Below the pieces are notes generated by a model that was not told the origin of the DNA, did not search any database, and saw nothing but the letters and a program-made list of their open reading frames with translations. This document shows, piece after piece, positions 25,267 through 38,010 of a stretch of DNA of 64,000 nucleotides; within the stretch, counting starts at the first letter, position 1; each line of letters starts with the position of its first letter. The position numbers and the translations under genes are program-made. This stretch comes from Takakia lepidozioides. Lineage: Eukaryota; Plantae; Bryophyta. Location of the stretch: the NCBI GenBank assembly GCA_030704615.1, contig CM060732.1, forward strand, positions 39,804,001 through 39,868,000, in the 5' to 3' direction.

Positions 25267-28200
25267 TCATCTCTTTGTCTGCAAGGTCTTCACTAGTTTG
25301 TCACTCCACACAGTAATGTAACCTACAGTGTCTCCCAACTCAGTGTGATGAGGCTTCATGGATTTGTTGTGATATGGTAGAGGGGCATTGGGAATGCGGA
25401 CATCATCAATGTGGATGGCCACATAGCCTTCTGGCACAACAGGGTACCCTTCACTCACCTCCATCCCTTGGAGACCAGCAATGCGGCCAGATCCGGCTGT
25501 TGATCGCGAAACAGTGTCTATGAGCTTGACATGGTCTCCCACCACGAACTGCCATCCCAGCCCAAACATGGCATATTGCATGAGAATTGTGGAACATGGA
25601 TCGTGGAACGTATTGTGTCTACAAGGTCTACAAGGAGCTAATAACAATTTGTCTATCCAGGTCGGGAAGGGGAGAATAGCAGATGCATACACTTACCCCA
25701 TTCTGCGAATCAGGGATCAGTGGTGTCGGCTTCCTCAAAGGGTGAAGGTGTGCTGCCCTTTGATTTGGGGGGCCTCGTTTGTGGCCAAGCACCTACAACC
25801 AACCAACAAGCACCAAAAATGTATATTATCTACACTGGGAACTCAAATTACACTAACACAATAAGATGCACCCAAACTGTCAATGCCTACAGTTGACACT
25901 GCGACAGTAATTTGACAAACTCTATCACAACATGTTTTACTGCCACAACTTAAGCACAAATGAGGCTGGCAATGGCACAAGGGAGTCACACAAAAATGCC
26001 TCTAATGTCTGGCACTGTGTACCACACTACAAAGTATGTTACCTGGCGAGGCTGAATGGCTCGAGGGCTGATAGCTTGTTGCCCAAATGTGGGTTGCCCT
26101 TTGAGATATTCTGGAATGCTCGGAGCCTTAGCTGCCCCCTCCAAGAAGGGCCATAAGCTGGTCAGAAGGAAATTATCATTGTGCGCCTCTACAGAACGAC
26201 TTCTCCAAGGCAGTGGGAAAATGGCGCTGTATGCTGGATTTTTTGACCCCTTGTGCGGTGTGTCGTCAACAAGAAGAGTGGTTTCAGGATTCCAGACACA
26301 GTTGTCCCGCCACACTGTAGATAGGTTCTTCAGAAACCGTGGTTTCATGGGCAGGCTCCCATCCATGTCAGTGGACTGCTCACAATATCCCCCATCCCAC
26401 TTGAATGCAAGGTCACGGTGCCCATGGAAAAGCCAGTCCACTGTGGGTAGGAAGTTACGTGGTTGCATACAAGACCATGCTGCCACTTCAAAGTGTTCGA
26501 AACACTTGTCCAAAAAAGCTTTGCAACCAGGCCTTACAACGACCATCTTGCTACCACATAATTTGTGCTCAAGGCCATTTGGAACCACAAACGCATTACC
26601 GCTCCCGACATGGACGCACTCACACAGCAATCCATTAATATCTAGGATGAGCAAATGCTTGCCCTTCTCTACTATTGTGTGCACGACATTCTCCGACATT
26701 AATTGAAGGTTGGGAGTGGAAGTGACAACCGTGGGTTGCTGGGTAATATCTGCCCGCGGGGAAACAAGGTCAATGTCCAGGGTTGTCTCAGATGCCCCCA
26801 CCGTGACAGCAGCAGGCCGGAGTTCTGCATGCGCCTCCACTACCGCACAGTGTGACAGAACTGCACGAGGACGCGTAAGTTCCTTGGTAGGGGTGTCGTC
26901 CCCTCCACCTAGGCCAACATGCTCCACCTGCACATCATCCTCGGATGCATCAACGGGAGTGACATTACCTGGTGACATGCCAGGCAAGTCAAACCTGTCC
27001 TCCAGACGTCTTGAGGCTGAAGGGCCAGCGATGCACGAGCTGTTTGCTATGGATGAGCCCACTAAGGTAGGTGAGGAAATGCTGATCCCAAATTTCTCAG
27101 CCATGGCCTTCTGGTACATCATCACATGCGATATTGTAGCCTTCAAATCCATCATATCTTTGTGTTGTGCACCCTGTGCTCTTTCCATATCCTCCACTTT
27201 GCGAGCAATTGCTGAATACCCAGAGGTCCCCTCCTGCAAGGTCCACGCAAGTCCATGAACAACATGAGAACATCATGCCGTTGGTAGGGAAAATGCCTAG
27301 AACAAAATAATCGACAAAAAATGGGAGAAAGAATGATCACTTGGATCTCACCATCCGCTCGCTGGTCAATGTTCTGCTTACTGAACCTTCCTGGATTTCA
27401 TGCAACGATGGACTTCGGCCTCGCTCCTTTGCCTGCATTTGTCATGTACCAGCTCAGTATGCTAGCATGGTCAACCTGACGAGCGACATACCATTCTGTG
27501 ACAACAGTGATTGAACAGAGGTTTGTCAGACATACTGTTGGGATGCAACCAATATTGGTATCCCCGCGCCCACTAACCTAGTCACTATGTCTGTAGTAAT
27601 ACAGAGAGCTGAGTGACAAATGCAGCTAATGCAGAAGAGTAATCACCAGCACAACACTACCCTATGTTAATGACCACAAAAAGTCATGTTAACACTCACA
27701 CTCACTCTCACTATTGCAGTTTCAAATACTGCCCTGACATCATCATTGCACGACAACTTTGATCAGACCCTCCTCTATCCACACTTACAGATTGGTATGT
27801 AAAATGAGGACCCCACGCACTTCACAACTTTGCCAGGTTCGGGTAATCCGGGTTTTCTAGTAATCCAATAATCCGGGTTTTCCAGATATCCTCTAGAAAA
27901 CCCTTCACACAAGCATCAATCTGTTGTGTGTGATTTGCCCAAAAACTAGGCCTCAGGAAGGCCTGGGCTTTTGGCTCAGCCTCTCAACTTTCAAAGTTGG
28001 TGAACAGGGGTACAGGCACAATTCCCTTGATTGAATCAAAGACAGCGTCTCTTTGGTGAGAGAACCCCGGACAGTGTATCAGAAAATGAATATTGTCTTC
28101 AGATTGCCCACACAACGGATAAATTGCACTCTCCCTTTCCTCTCTGCTTCTGTTTGCTGTTCAAAGGTAGGCTTGCTTCCTGCCCTGAGTTTAAATTTCA

Positions 28201-29860
28201 GTCTAGTGCCGAGAGTGGGTAGACCCTTGAGGTCATCCAAGATGTCCACCCCCATGTCACTGACTACAAAGAAGTTCAGGGAAGTTCTCTGCCTAACTTC
28301 ATTTTCATCAGACAATCTGATGGCAACAGACATGCCTTCAGACACTACAGCCTCTAAGTCAGATATATCCAGCTGGGTCAATACTTGCGGATCCAGATCC
28401 AGGTCCAGGTCTTTGAGAATCTTTTGTACTCTCTTCTGCCAGGACTTAGCCTGTTTCACATTATAAACAGTATTGCCCACCGTATGGCCCAAAAGGTTCG
28501 TATGGTGGACGTGTAGATGCCGGGTAAGCATGTTGGTCTAGGAGGTAAGGGGGAATAGGTGGAGGAGAATGGGCATATGGCTGCTGTGGGTAACCACCTG
28601 GAGGGGGCTTGTATTGGATGTGCGGGTTGTAAGGGCCCGCAGCGCCATACTAATCGGGGGTGGGGTAGGCATGTGGGTAATGTGTGTACGGAGGGTACTG
28701 TGGAATAGGTCGTGGAGGTGGTCGTTCTGCGCTTGGGGACTTGTTTGTAGCAGGGTTGACTTGTTTGAACAACCCCTGCCCCGATGGACTGCCCACCACA
28801 GCTGCAGTGCCTTCGATGGAAGCTCGCCTCTTCCTGGCCTGCACAGAATAAAAACCAATTCAAACATTAAAGTCAATCAAAGCATTCAAATGAAATCATG
28901 GCAACTTAGAACAAATTAACGCCGTGCACCTGCCATTTTAAAGCTTTGATTGTACTCATCCTCCTATGAGCAGGTCCTCATCCCCTCAGACTCATCAGGT
29001 GCCCCACACTTCTGTTTACCCATTCAGAAAAGTGGGGGCTGAGCCAAATCTACATGGCCAATTCAAAAGCCTACCTAGTGGGGAGACCTCAAAAACCATT
29101 GGCATGCTTGTATCAAAGCGTGCATACAAGTACTTGCATCAGTGGGTAGATGGACTCATTTGAATGGACATTGCATTTTAGTTGTAAACAGAAACATCAC
29201 TATGTATCAACCTCTTAGTAAGAGCCTTTGACTTTAACCCAAACTATGTACACGATGAAGATATAGCAAAAGGGGTTGATTTCCTATCCCATTGTGGGGT
29301 TTCACTGCCTATATGCTCAGGCATCCCTTCCTTCCTACATCCCAATTTTTCTAGCAATGCCATCTCCCCAATGTGAAATTCCCAAAGTGAGAACTTTCCA
29401 AATGTGATTGCATTCAAAGTTGTGCCACGTCCACTGCCAGATTTTCTGTGGCTTCCACCTTTCAACCTCTTCTGTGTGGGAAGTGCATTTACATCCTGGA
29501 ATGCTAAGAAAGTCTCAGACACGTTCTGTACATTTGCATGCTTCCTTCATGGGTATGCTGAGCATGTGAATGCATAGAAATGCTGAAGATGTGGCGTCAT
29601 AGTGAGGAGGTGCTTACAGATGGTGATTTTGCCGGCGACGGGCGTTTCTGGGGAAGCGAGGGTGCAGGAGCTGGGTGGCGAAGAATATCTTCGCTAGAAT
29701 CGCCAGTGTGCTCGCCCGCAGGGACACACAACAAATCCTCCTCCTCGTCTTCGTCTACATACTGTCGTGCCTCGTCGGCCATTGTTTCTAGCCTTCCACT
29801 GCGTCTGGGTGGTCCCGTGGGTAGTGGAGGTCGACGGCAAGCACGCCTCACAACCATCAT
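25267..29860 (-). CDS. Multi-exon CACTA accessory (TnpA-like) gene with an FCP1/NLI-interacting-factor-like HAD phosphatase domain and a C-terminal En/Spm-type domain
   Basis: ORF 25986-27239 has HLLILDINGLL, VVRPGCKAFLDKCFEHFEVAAWS, FLKNLSTVW and TLLVDDTPHK...NP. ORF 25267-25692 has VPEGYVAIHIDDV..PNAPLPY...LGDTVG..TVW. The exon chain up to 29860 is inferred. Confidence 0.7.
27870..28470 (-). mobile_element. LINE 3'-region fragment inside the CACTA, same family as the NMNAT intron LINE
   Basis: 27870-27914 is nearly identical to 3873-3916. The translation has TRLKFKLRAGS followed by a frameshifted EDNIHFLIHCP (C-terminal zinc-knuckle region of LINE ORF2). Confidence 0.7.
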
Positions 29861-30288
29861 TCTGTGTACTTAGCAATGCAATCCCAACACTGGGAATGTA
29901 GAAAAACTCGTAAACCCAAAAGACAAGGATGCGGGCAATTTCAGGCTAAACCGTAGACCTCTCACATTTTAAAAAAAAAAACCCTAATGACAAGCCCCTG
30001 CAATGCGATGTCTGACAACCCCAAACTAAAGTATTCGGGTCAGTTGAGCACTCCGGTTGAGGTGGAATGCTCTCCTGCGAGATTTAGGCCACAACACTAG
30101 GGTGAGCCGCCTCTCAGTATACTCACAGTGGGTGCGAACCAAACAACTCCGCCTCAACCTCTTTGTTGCGAGCAATGCAGGTCTCCCTTAGCTTCTCATA
30201 CGCAGTCAGAGGACCGCACGGAGAGGGCCTGACCATGGCAGTCTGACATCAGCTGCAAAGACCCTTGCACACCCCCTGTGTAAGTACA

Positions 30289-33200
30289 ATGTATACAACG
30301 AGAGCGGGGTTTCGGCTAACAGCTCAACGACTCCGTGTGCGCAGGAAAGATGAGAAACTGTGGCGACTAGAGGAGGCGCATGCCATTGCACAAGGGCACC
30401 GCAAAATATTGTGCAACTGCAAAATATGCCATGGAGGGATCTCGCAGTTTCTACCGATGGCCAAAAAACACCTAACAAAGTATGGGAGGGACCCAAACCT
30501 TCGACAGTGTACAGTCCCGGTACGCCTTGCACGACGCACGCACTCTGACATGCTCGCAGCACGCCCGCGCATGTCCGCATTTTGGACAGTCGTGGGAGTG
30601 ACTGGAGTCCGAACTACGTGTCGTTCTTCCGTTGGATGTATTGGAGTCATGGAGTCGTAGTGATGGAGTCATGTAGTCGGTAGTAGTAGTCATGTCCATG
30701 ACTTCATGACCGTGGATCATGGACATTTCAACTACGTGGTGTTCTTCCATTGGTTGTACTGGAGTCATGTAGTCAGGGTCATGACTACATGGTCGTTGTT
30801 GACTGCCATGTGTGAAGGCAATATGCATTTTGGGCTTTTGGCAGTTTGTTGCCATGTGTCATGCCTTCAACGCACTGCCCACTTGGGCATATTTGTTGAG
30901 AGCTTTCACTTTGTTGGTCTGTGCAGATAGCTGTCTGTATGTGGGGATGTCTCCCTCTATCACAGAGGGTATGTTTGTTTTGTTTTTCGATGAAAACTGT
31001 GTTCCTACTTTGCCGTATTATATGAGAGTAGTTTTCATTTGTGTTTGTGTCTGAGCTCCACAAGCTGCTTCGAAATGAAGTCTGTGGCCGACCAATTTCG
31101 TCTCCTGATTCGCAAGTGCGGGGGAGACTTGTAGCATTCACCTGTATTGAACTAGTGCAATTCTACAAAGTGTTTGCTTACATGACAGTGTTTAAATGAA
31201 ATTTCATAATCTGGGAGTTTTGAAAAAAGCCTGTTCATCGTATCCCAATTTATGATTTCATTTGCGTTCACAGGGCTACATTACATCCGACTCTGAAGTG
31301 GAGGCTGAATGTAGCCTAGAGAGTGTTGCAAACGACGTCAATTTGGATGGACAAGACGGCAATGGGCTACGGGGCCAGATTGCCCGTGCTGTGCAAGATG
31401 CATTTGAAATATCAGATACCCTCCGGGAGAATCCCACACCTGCCCCAAATGCCCTTCACTTGGACAATGATGAGGCTGTTGAGAATGGCGCAAATCCCTC
31501 TGAAATGCCTGATGGGGAAAATATGGGCGGAGAAGAAGCAGGCGCGCCAAATGATCTTCACCATGGAAAACTCATGCGAGAGTCCCAAATCCCCTTATAC
31601 GATGGGAGCGTTCACAACCGATTGACTGCCACATTGATGTTGCTCAATTCTTGCGCCACTCACAGATGTACCAACGCATTTGTGGATGAGTTATTTTCAT
31701 TGTTGAGGCTGGAGATTTTGCCCAAACAAAACACCTTGCCGAAATCGCAGTATGAGGCCAAAAATATGATCGCCATGATGGGTCTAGGATACAAACAGAT
31801 CCATGCCTGTGAGCGTGGATGTGTATTGTTTCGTGGAGACCTCAAAAAGGCTGCTAATTGCCCCAAGTGCCATAGTCGTCGATACATGGACGGCCGTGGG
31901 AAGGTGCCCAAGAAGGTGTTGCGATACTTTCCTCTCATACCTAGATTGAAACGGATGTTTCGAGTTAAGACGCTGGCAGAGCTCATGAAGTGGCACAACA
32001 ATCATAGAAGTGCAGATGGCATGGTCCGGCATGCTGCAGACAGTAAGGCTTGGTGCCATATTGACAACACATGGCCGGATTTTGCTTCAGATCCAAGAAA
32101 TCTGCGTCTTGGATTGGCACTGGATGGGGTCAATCCTTATGGCACCAAATCCACTTCTTGGTCCACCTGGCCCATCATGGTGCTCAATTATAATCTACCT
32201 CCATGGTTGGTAACGAAGAATTTTTTGTCATGTTAACACTCCTCATTCCTGGAAAGGAATCTGTGACAAGTGAAAATGTGGATGTTTACCTGCAACCACT
32301 AGTGGAGGAGCTAACGACATTGTGGGTGGGAGTTGCAGCCGTGGATGTGGCAGCCATTGAAGGAGAGCGGGCTTTTAACATGCGTGCAGTCCTCATGTGG
32401 TCCATACATGACTTCCCCGCCTATGGCTTGTTATCAGGTCAGGTTCACCAAGGGTACTGTGCTTGTCCAGCATGTGGACCTCAAGTCGATTCCAGATATT
32501 CCCCAGCTTGTAAGAAATTGATATTCCAGGGGCATCGACGCTATCTTCCCCACAATCATGCCTATAGAAGATCCAGACTTTTTAATGGGGCGCGAGACAT
32601 GAGACCTGCTCCACATACAGTGACAGCCACCGAAATCAAGGAGCGTGCACGACATTACAAACAATGGATTGATGATGGTGGGACTGTAGGCGCACAGAAC
32701 GATCCCTCCAAGCTCCATGGCGTAAAACGATTGTCCATTCTGTTTGACTTGCCTTACTGGGAGGTGCGATTACCACACATGTGTTTTGGGAACAAAACAG
32801 TGCATTGGTTTTTCATTGTGCATGATTGTTTGTTTACTGAACCTGTGCTGTAAACATCATTCATGACTGCATTGCAATGTGCCTAATTTGTTAGACCACA
32901 TGGTGCAGCATCTTATCATCCGCCACACTTTTGATACCATGCATTGCGAGAAGAACGTGACGGAGAACATAATCAAGACTATTTTCGGCGAGAAGGACAC
33001 GATGCAAGTTCGCCGCGATATGGAATTGCAGGGCATTTGAAAGCCTCTTTGGTTACGACGCCATCCCACGAGAGTGGATACATTGGTAATGCCTGATGCG
33101 CCATATGTGCTCACAAAACCAGAGCAGCGGGTGTTCCTGGAGATTATCACGAATCTGAAAGTACCCACTGGCTATGCCTCTGCTTTCAAAAAACATGTGG

Positions 33201-34815
33201 TCAAACAAAAGTTGAGCCAATTGAAGTCACATGATTATCACGTGCTAATGCAACAGATCCTCCCACTTGCTCTACGTGGGTTGATGGCGCCTGGGGTTCG
33301 CAATGCCATACTAAGAGTGTCCCGTGTGTTTCGCAAGCTTTGTGCAAAATTCATTGATCCCACCGAGCATGAGGAATTGAAGAAGGAGGTGGCAGTGACT
33401 CTTTGTCTTCTGGAGAAAGAGTTCCCACCCTCATTTTTTGATGTTATGACACATTTACTTATCCACTTGGTGGATGAGGTGGATTTGTGTGGACCTGTAG
33501 CTTCTCGGTGGATGTACCCGGTGGAGAGAGCAATGAAGGATTTTAAAGGGTATGTGCAAAACTTGGCGAAGCCTGAGGGCAGTATGGCGGAGGGCTACGT
33601 GTTTGACGAGGCATTGGGATTTTGTACAGAGTACTTGTCTTCTGTTGATGCTACTAGGCGGAGAGTGTGGGATGCAGGAGAGGAGGAATCAGTGTCGGGC
33701 TGGGTATTGGAAGGAGTTGGTCGACCACGGAGGTTGACCCTCGAATTGTTGCAGCTTGTCCACGACTACGTCATTCACAACCATCCCAGTTTGAGCATTA
33801 TGTTGGGGTAAGTGGCAAACGTTCTGGTACCTGCTATGCATGGGTATGCTTTGTATAGGTGTGTGTGCAGTAGTTCTTCCATCGGCTGCAGGGGTTGCAC
33901 TAGATAAATTTCTGTGGTTGTGCGTGTGTTGGCAGGTCCTATGAGGTGGAGAAATGCAGGTTGGAGACTGAAAATGCTACTAACCAGAACAAGATCCGTG
34001 CTCTCCCTCACTTTGCAGAATGGCTGGTAAAAGCAGTCCGCCAGCATGTGTCAAGTGTTGCCAACCATGCTACTGATTCAGCCTGCAAGGAATTGTTGGA
34101 CATGTCCAAACCCCCATCAGTAATCGCAACATCATACAAGAGCATGTCGGCTTATGGAAACCACTTCAGGGTTACTTCAGATGGACTCAACAGCCCCTTT
34201 GTGACATATGACTCGGGGGTCTCTACTGTTTTCCAGCATGACAGTACTTGCATTGACCGTGAGCAGGTGGTGGAAAGCGTACGGTATGTGGGTGTCATAA
34301 AGGAGATTTTAGAATTGGATTATGGCTCCACAAACACCACGGTGCTATTGTGTTCATGGGTACGTGCACGACGTGTGGGCTCTCAGCCTGTGTCAATGAA
34401 GCAGGACGAGTCTGGCTTCACATTGGTGAATTTCTCCCACTTGTTGCCTCCACTTGAACAGCCTTTTGTGCTCCCATCACAGGTCGAGCAAGTTTTTTTC
34501 TCTGAGTGTGTGAATGAACCGAGATGGAACGTGGTGCTGGAAAAAAACCCCAGGTCACGCAGGGCTGTTTCTGATGTGAGCATTTGCAACGATGATATTG
34601 CAAGTGTATCAGGCCTCTTAGCCCCCAATCACATTGAAGAGACCAATGTTGCTAGTGACAGGGTGGGCCAGACCATCCAAGTGACACCTGAAGAGGTTGC
34701 TTCACTTTACAGAGACATGCGATCTGAGGAAGCACATCCATGTCCCACAGAGGACAGTTGCGATGGAGATTCAGAGTCCAGTGATGAGGAGTTGGTTGAT
34801 GTGGATGTGTACTAG
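30289..34815 (+). pseudogene. CACTA TnpD transposase (transposase-associated domain, Transposase_21, DUF4218, DUF4216)
   Basis: Exon 30289-30519 has ILCNCKIC. The exon from 31274 has IHACERGCVLF, YFPLIPRLKRMF, RNLRLGLALDGVNP, YNLPPW, HDFPAYG, HTFDTMHCEKNV, LKSHDYHVLMQ, FPPSFFDVMTHL, RWMYPVER and QPFVLPSQVEQVFF. A -1 frameshift lies in the T-run at 32221-32226 and a TGA at ~33038. Confidence 0.92.
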
Positions 34816-37574
34816 TACCTAGAATGAGGTATGACTTTCCCCCCCAACTGCCTTCCTCTATCTCAAGTATATGAAGGGTGGTATGGGCAAAATTGAATAT
34901 GTAATCCCGGTTGATTCATGAATAATGTGGGATTCATAAGACTGGCACTAAGGGTTGCCCTTGGGGGTGTCCTTTTTGCAGGGTGTTGGAGGTGTCCAAC
35001 TTACATGGCGTGTCTGTCTGGCAACGTGTCATGACATTTATGTCACTATAGACTTTGGAACGGCATGCAAATTTACACATCAGTTCTGCCTTTGGGTACA
35101 TTGTTGACAAAGTGCATGTGCCTTCCAGTTTACATAACATAATTGCCCCAGTGATTTTGTGGGTCTTATATTGGGCAGGCTCGTGTTTATGGACCATTGA
35201 ATACCAATGGAGTGCTTTTAAGCTTGGTCCCTACTTATCATATTTTCATTTTTCCCCAAAAGAATCTGGCAATCCGCATAGATGATGCTCTGGCTGGTTG
35301 AGTGGGTTATTTGCGTAGATGCATTTTATGGGCAGTTTCTCTCATGCCCCAGCTAACACCATGTGACTCACTTGTATAGTCCCCCATCTGTGAATGGCTC
35401 AAGCAGGGTGCAGTACATTCAACACTACAATGTTGCTGCCATGCAGGTGTTCCATGCCTTGCACCACATCATTATTCCCTGATGTCATCCTGCTGCTGTT
35501 CTAGCTTGGGGCAGGTCATTGGGGATATGTACATTAGAGAGAACAACATGAGCTGTTATCTCAGTTGTTTTATCATACAAGAAGCTGAATTCATGGGCTC
35601 TCCCATTCTTAGAAAACCCCCCCATGGCAAAGTGGGTGGATCGGAACAGACCGTATTGCCAAGCTTCTATTCCAGTAGCACACGGCGTGGAGCTCCGGGA
35701 TGGCCTACTACAGGGACGACATGCACAAGGCGATATGTTAGAGTGTATTGGATTTCATATTTTGTTGGTGTTCTTGGTCACTGCCCAAAGACTTTTGTTG
35801 AGCCCATGTTTTGCATCACTCTCATGAGTGAATTTTTTGATTTGCATGAATTTATCTATCCCCTGAATGCATCATTTGTTCGTCTGTCATTCCGCAGTAT
35901 GAGGCTTGCTTTTGATGTTGTCGGCGATCAACAAACACTAAAATGCACGCCGCCATTTGAACGTAACGTCACAAACAGATGCGGTTCCAGATCGCCTCTC
36001 TAGCATGTTGGCTTCACGTTCCATTCTTCTCCACAAAGCGCCAACGGCCTACTAAGCTGCTTCGTGTGCAACCGTTCCCTTCACTTGCATCCCCCGCACC
36101 ACAATATCAAAGCCACTTAACCAATCATATGTAGACACCTCATAAGTTGTTCCATGTCACAGACTCTCCATGTCATGACGACATGTGATGATCTGGCAGA
36201 ATACATTAGAGTGGCAGTCATGAAGTCATATGTCCGTCTAGCAATATGCACACGTCATTCACATATGGGCATGACCCTGACTGGTAGTCATATCCACCAT
36301 GGCAATATTCCTGGTCAAAGGGTGTTTGACCTGTGTTGCGCAAAGTTCGGAGTCATACAGTCGCATAACCGGCTTCGTCGTGATCTATGTTATGACTTCA
36401 AAAGGCATTTACGACTGCAAATGGCATTTCTGCCACAAATGGGTCGTGACTGCGCACCCATGGGAGTCATAAAAGCCGCAATCTGTTGTAGTGTGCCGCA
36501 GGGTGCAACATTCCAGCCGCACTTTTCGCCAGGATATCAACGAGCTGCCCTCTGCACATATGAAGAGCAGATCGGGCATGTGCCTCCAGGTATTTGTCAT
36601 CACCTACAATGCGAAGTATGTCCGCAAATTCTTGTTCCAATGAGGCTGAGACCTGCAGAGGTGCCTCGTCATAGGGGAAGTCGTCCAGAGGATGTCTTTC
36701 CATGAACTGATTGGATTCGTCGATGCCGCCGGCACCATTGCCCAAGAGCAAGTTAGGTAATCCTCCATGAATGGTTCCCAGCGCCGTGCCACAAGCATGC
36801 ACAAGGAGGCCATCCTGCAGGTCAGGGTGAAGCATCTTCAGGACACGGACCTGATGCTTGCATAAGTTTCCCTTCATTGCCCATGGGCACGTGCAACAAC
36901 CCCAATCGCAATCAGGATTGTAAACAATGTATGTTGTGCCGGGGTGGTTGCTGCTGAGAACGTAGGCTGGTTCACCAGGACCCAAGGGAAGAGTAACACT
37001 CTCAGCAGGAATGTCTCATGCCGCAAGTATAGAACTGGATATGTACTTTTCGTGTTTGTCGTTTTTATGAACCCGTGGGTCTTCAAATGGATTGCGTACC
37101 AGTAGTGTGTTAGCACACGGCCAGTGAGTTCCCATATAAGCCAGTCCACTCTACGACCACTCATCTTGCCTTTCCCCATGGCAAGTCTCGCCTTCAGATT
37201 TCCATGGTATGCCTCAATGCTTGCGTTTGTGTCTTGGCTCGCATGAGGGACATTGCGGGCTGCTGTACACCACATTGCTATTTTGGGCTTCCAGTACTGT
37301 TCGATATAGTCAAGAAATTCATGTCCTTTCGGGTATTTTGACCTCATACGACGGATTCTCCTTGCAACCCACCGAAGCGCTCTTTTCTCGTTGCGTGGTC
37401 CCCCTCTACAGTACATGAGGTCTCCCATATCCTTCAACAAGTTTACAGCGGTCACCGGATCCTTTGTTTTCTTGCATGATTGCTTCACCCATGCCTTGTG
37501 GACATGCCAAAGGCAGAGGAAAATGAGTACTCCTTCAAAAACACTTCTGCACAACACACATGGTACACAGTAGA

Positions 37575-38010
37575 GTCTTGGGATCGGACTGCAATGGTGG
37601 ACTGCCGGAGTGGACTGTAACAGCGACCTGTATCAGCGGGCAGAGCCACTGGACTCGCCCAGTGGACAGTACAATGCCATGACGTTGATGTGTTGGAATA
37701 ACCCCATTGGACTACCCAGTGGACTTCCCCTAGCTAGGACTGGGGCAGCGGACTGCCCCAGGGACTGCCGAGTGGACTTGGCAGCGGACGGCCGACCCCA
37801 AGGACTGCTGAGTGGACTTGGCAGCGGACTGCTGAGCGGACTTGCCGGGGACTGCCAGCGGACTTGCCAGGGGACTGATGATCGGACTTGACAGCGGACT
37901 ACCAGTGGATTTGCCTAGCGAACAGCCATCGGCTTTTGCCACAGGAGTCTGCCAGTGGACTGTAGCAATGGACTGCTGCAGTGGACTTCGACAATGGACC
38001 GGTGTTGTGG
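37575..38010. repeat. Dense GGACT(G) micro-repeat array in a MULE transposase intron
   Basis: More than 20 GGACT-containing units of roughly 12-bp spacing (for example GGACTTGGCAGC, GGACTGCTGAGT). Confidence 0.8.

Larger units (their letters stand above)
24050..36493 (+). mobile_element. CACTA/EnSpm transposon, 12,444 bp
   Basis: Termini CACTACAACA...TGTTGTAGTG with GCGGCTTTTA further in. 3-bp TSD TGC at 24047-24049 and 36494-36496. Removing the element restores GMLHPAAAKAFRPL, which matches the uninterrupted copy at ~49630-49670. Confidence 0.95.
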
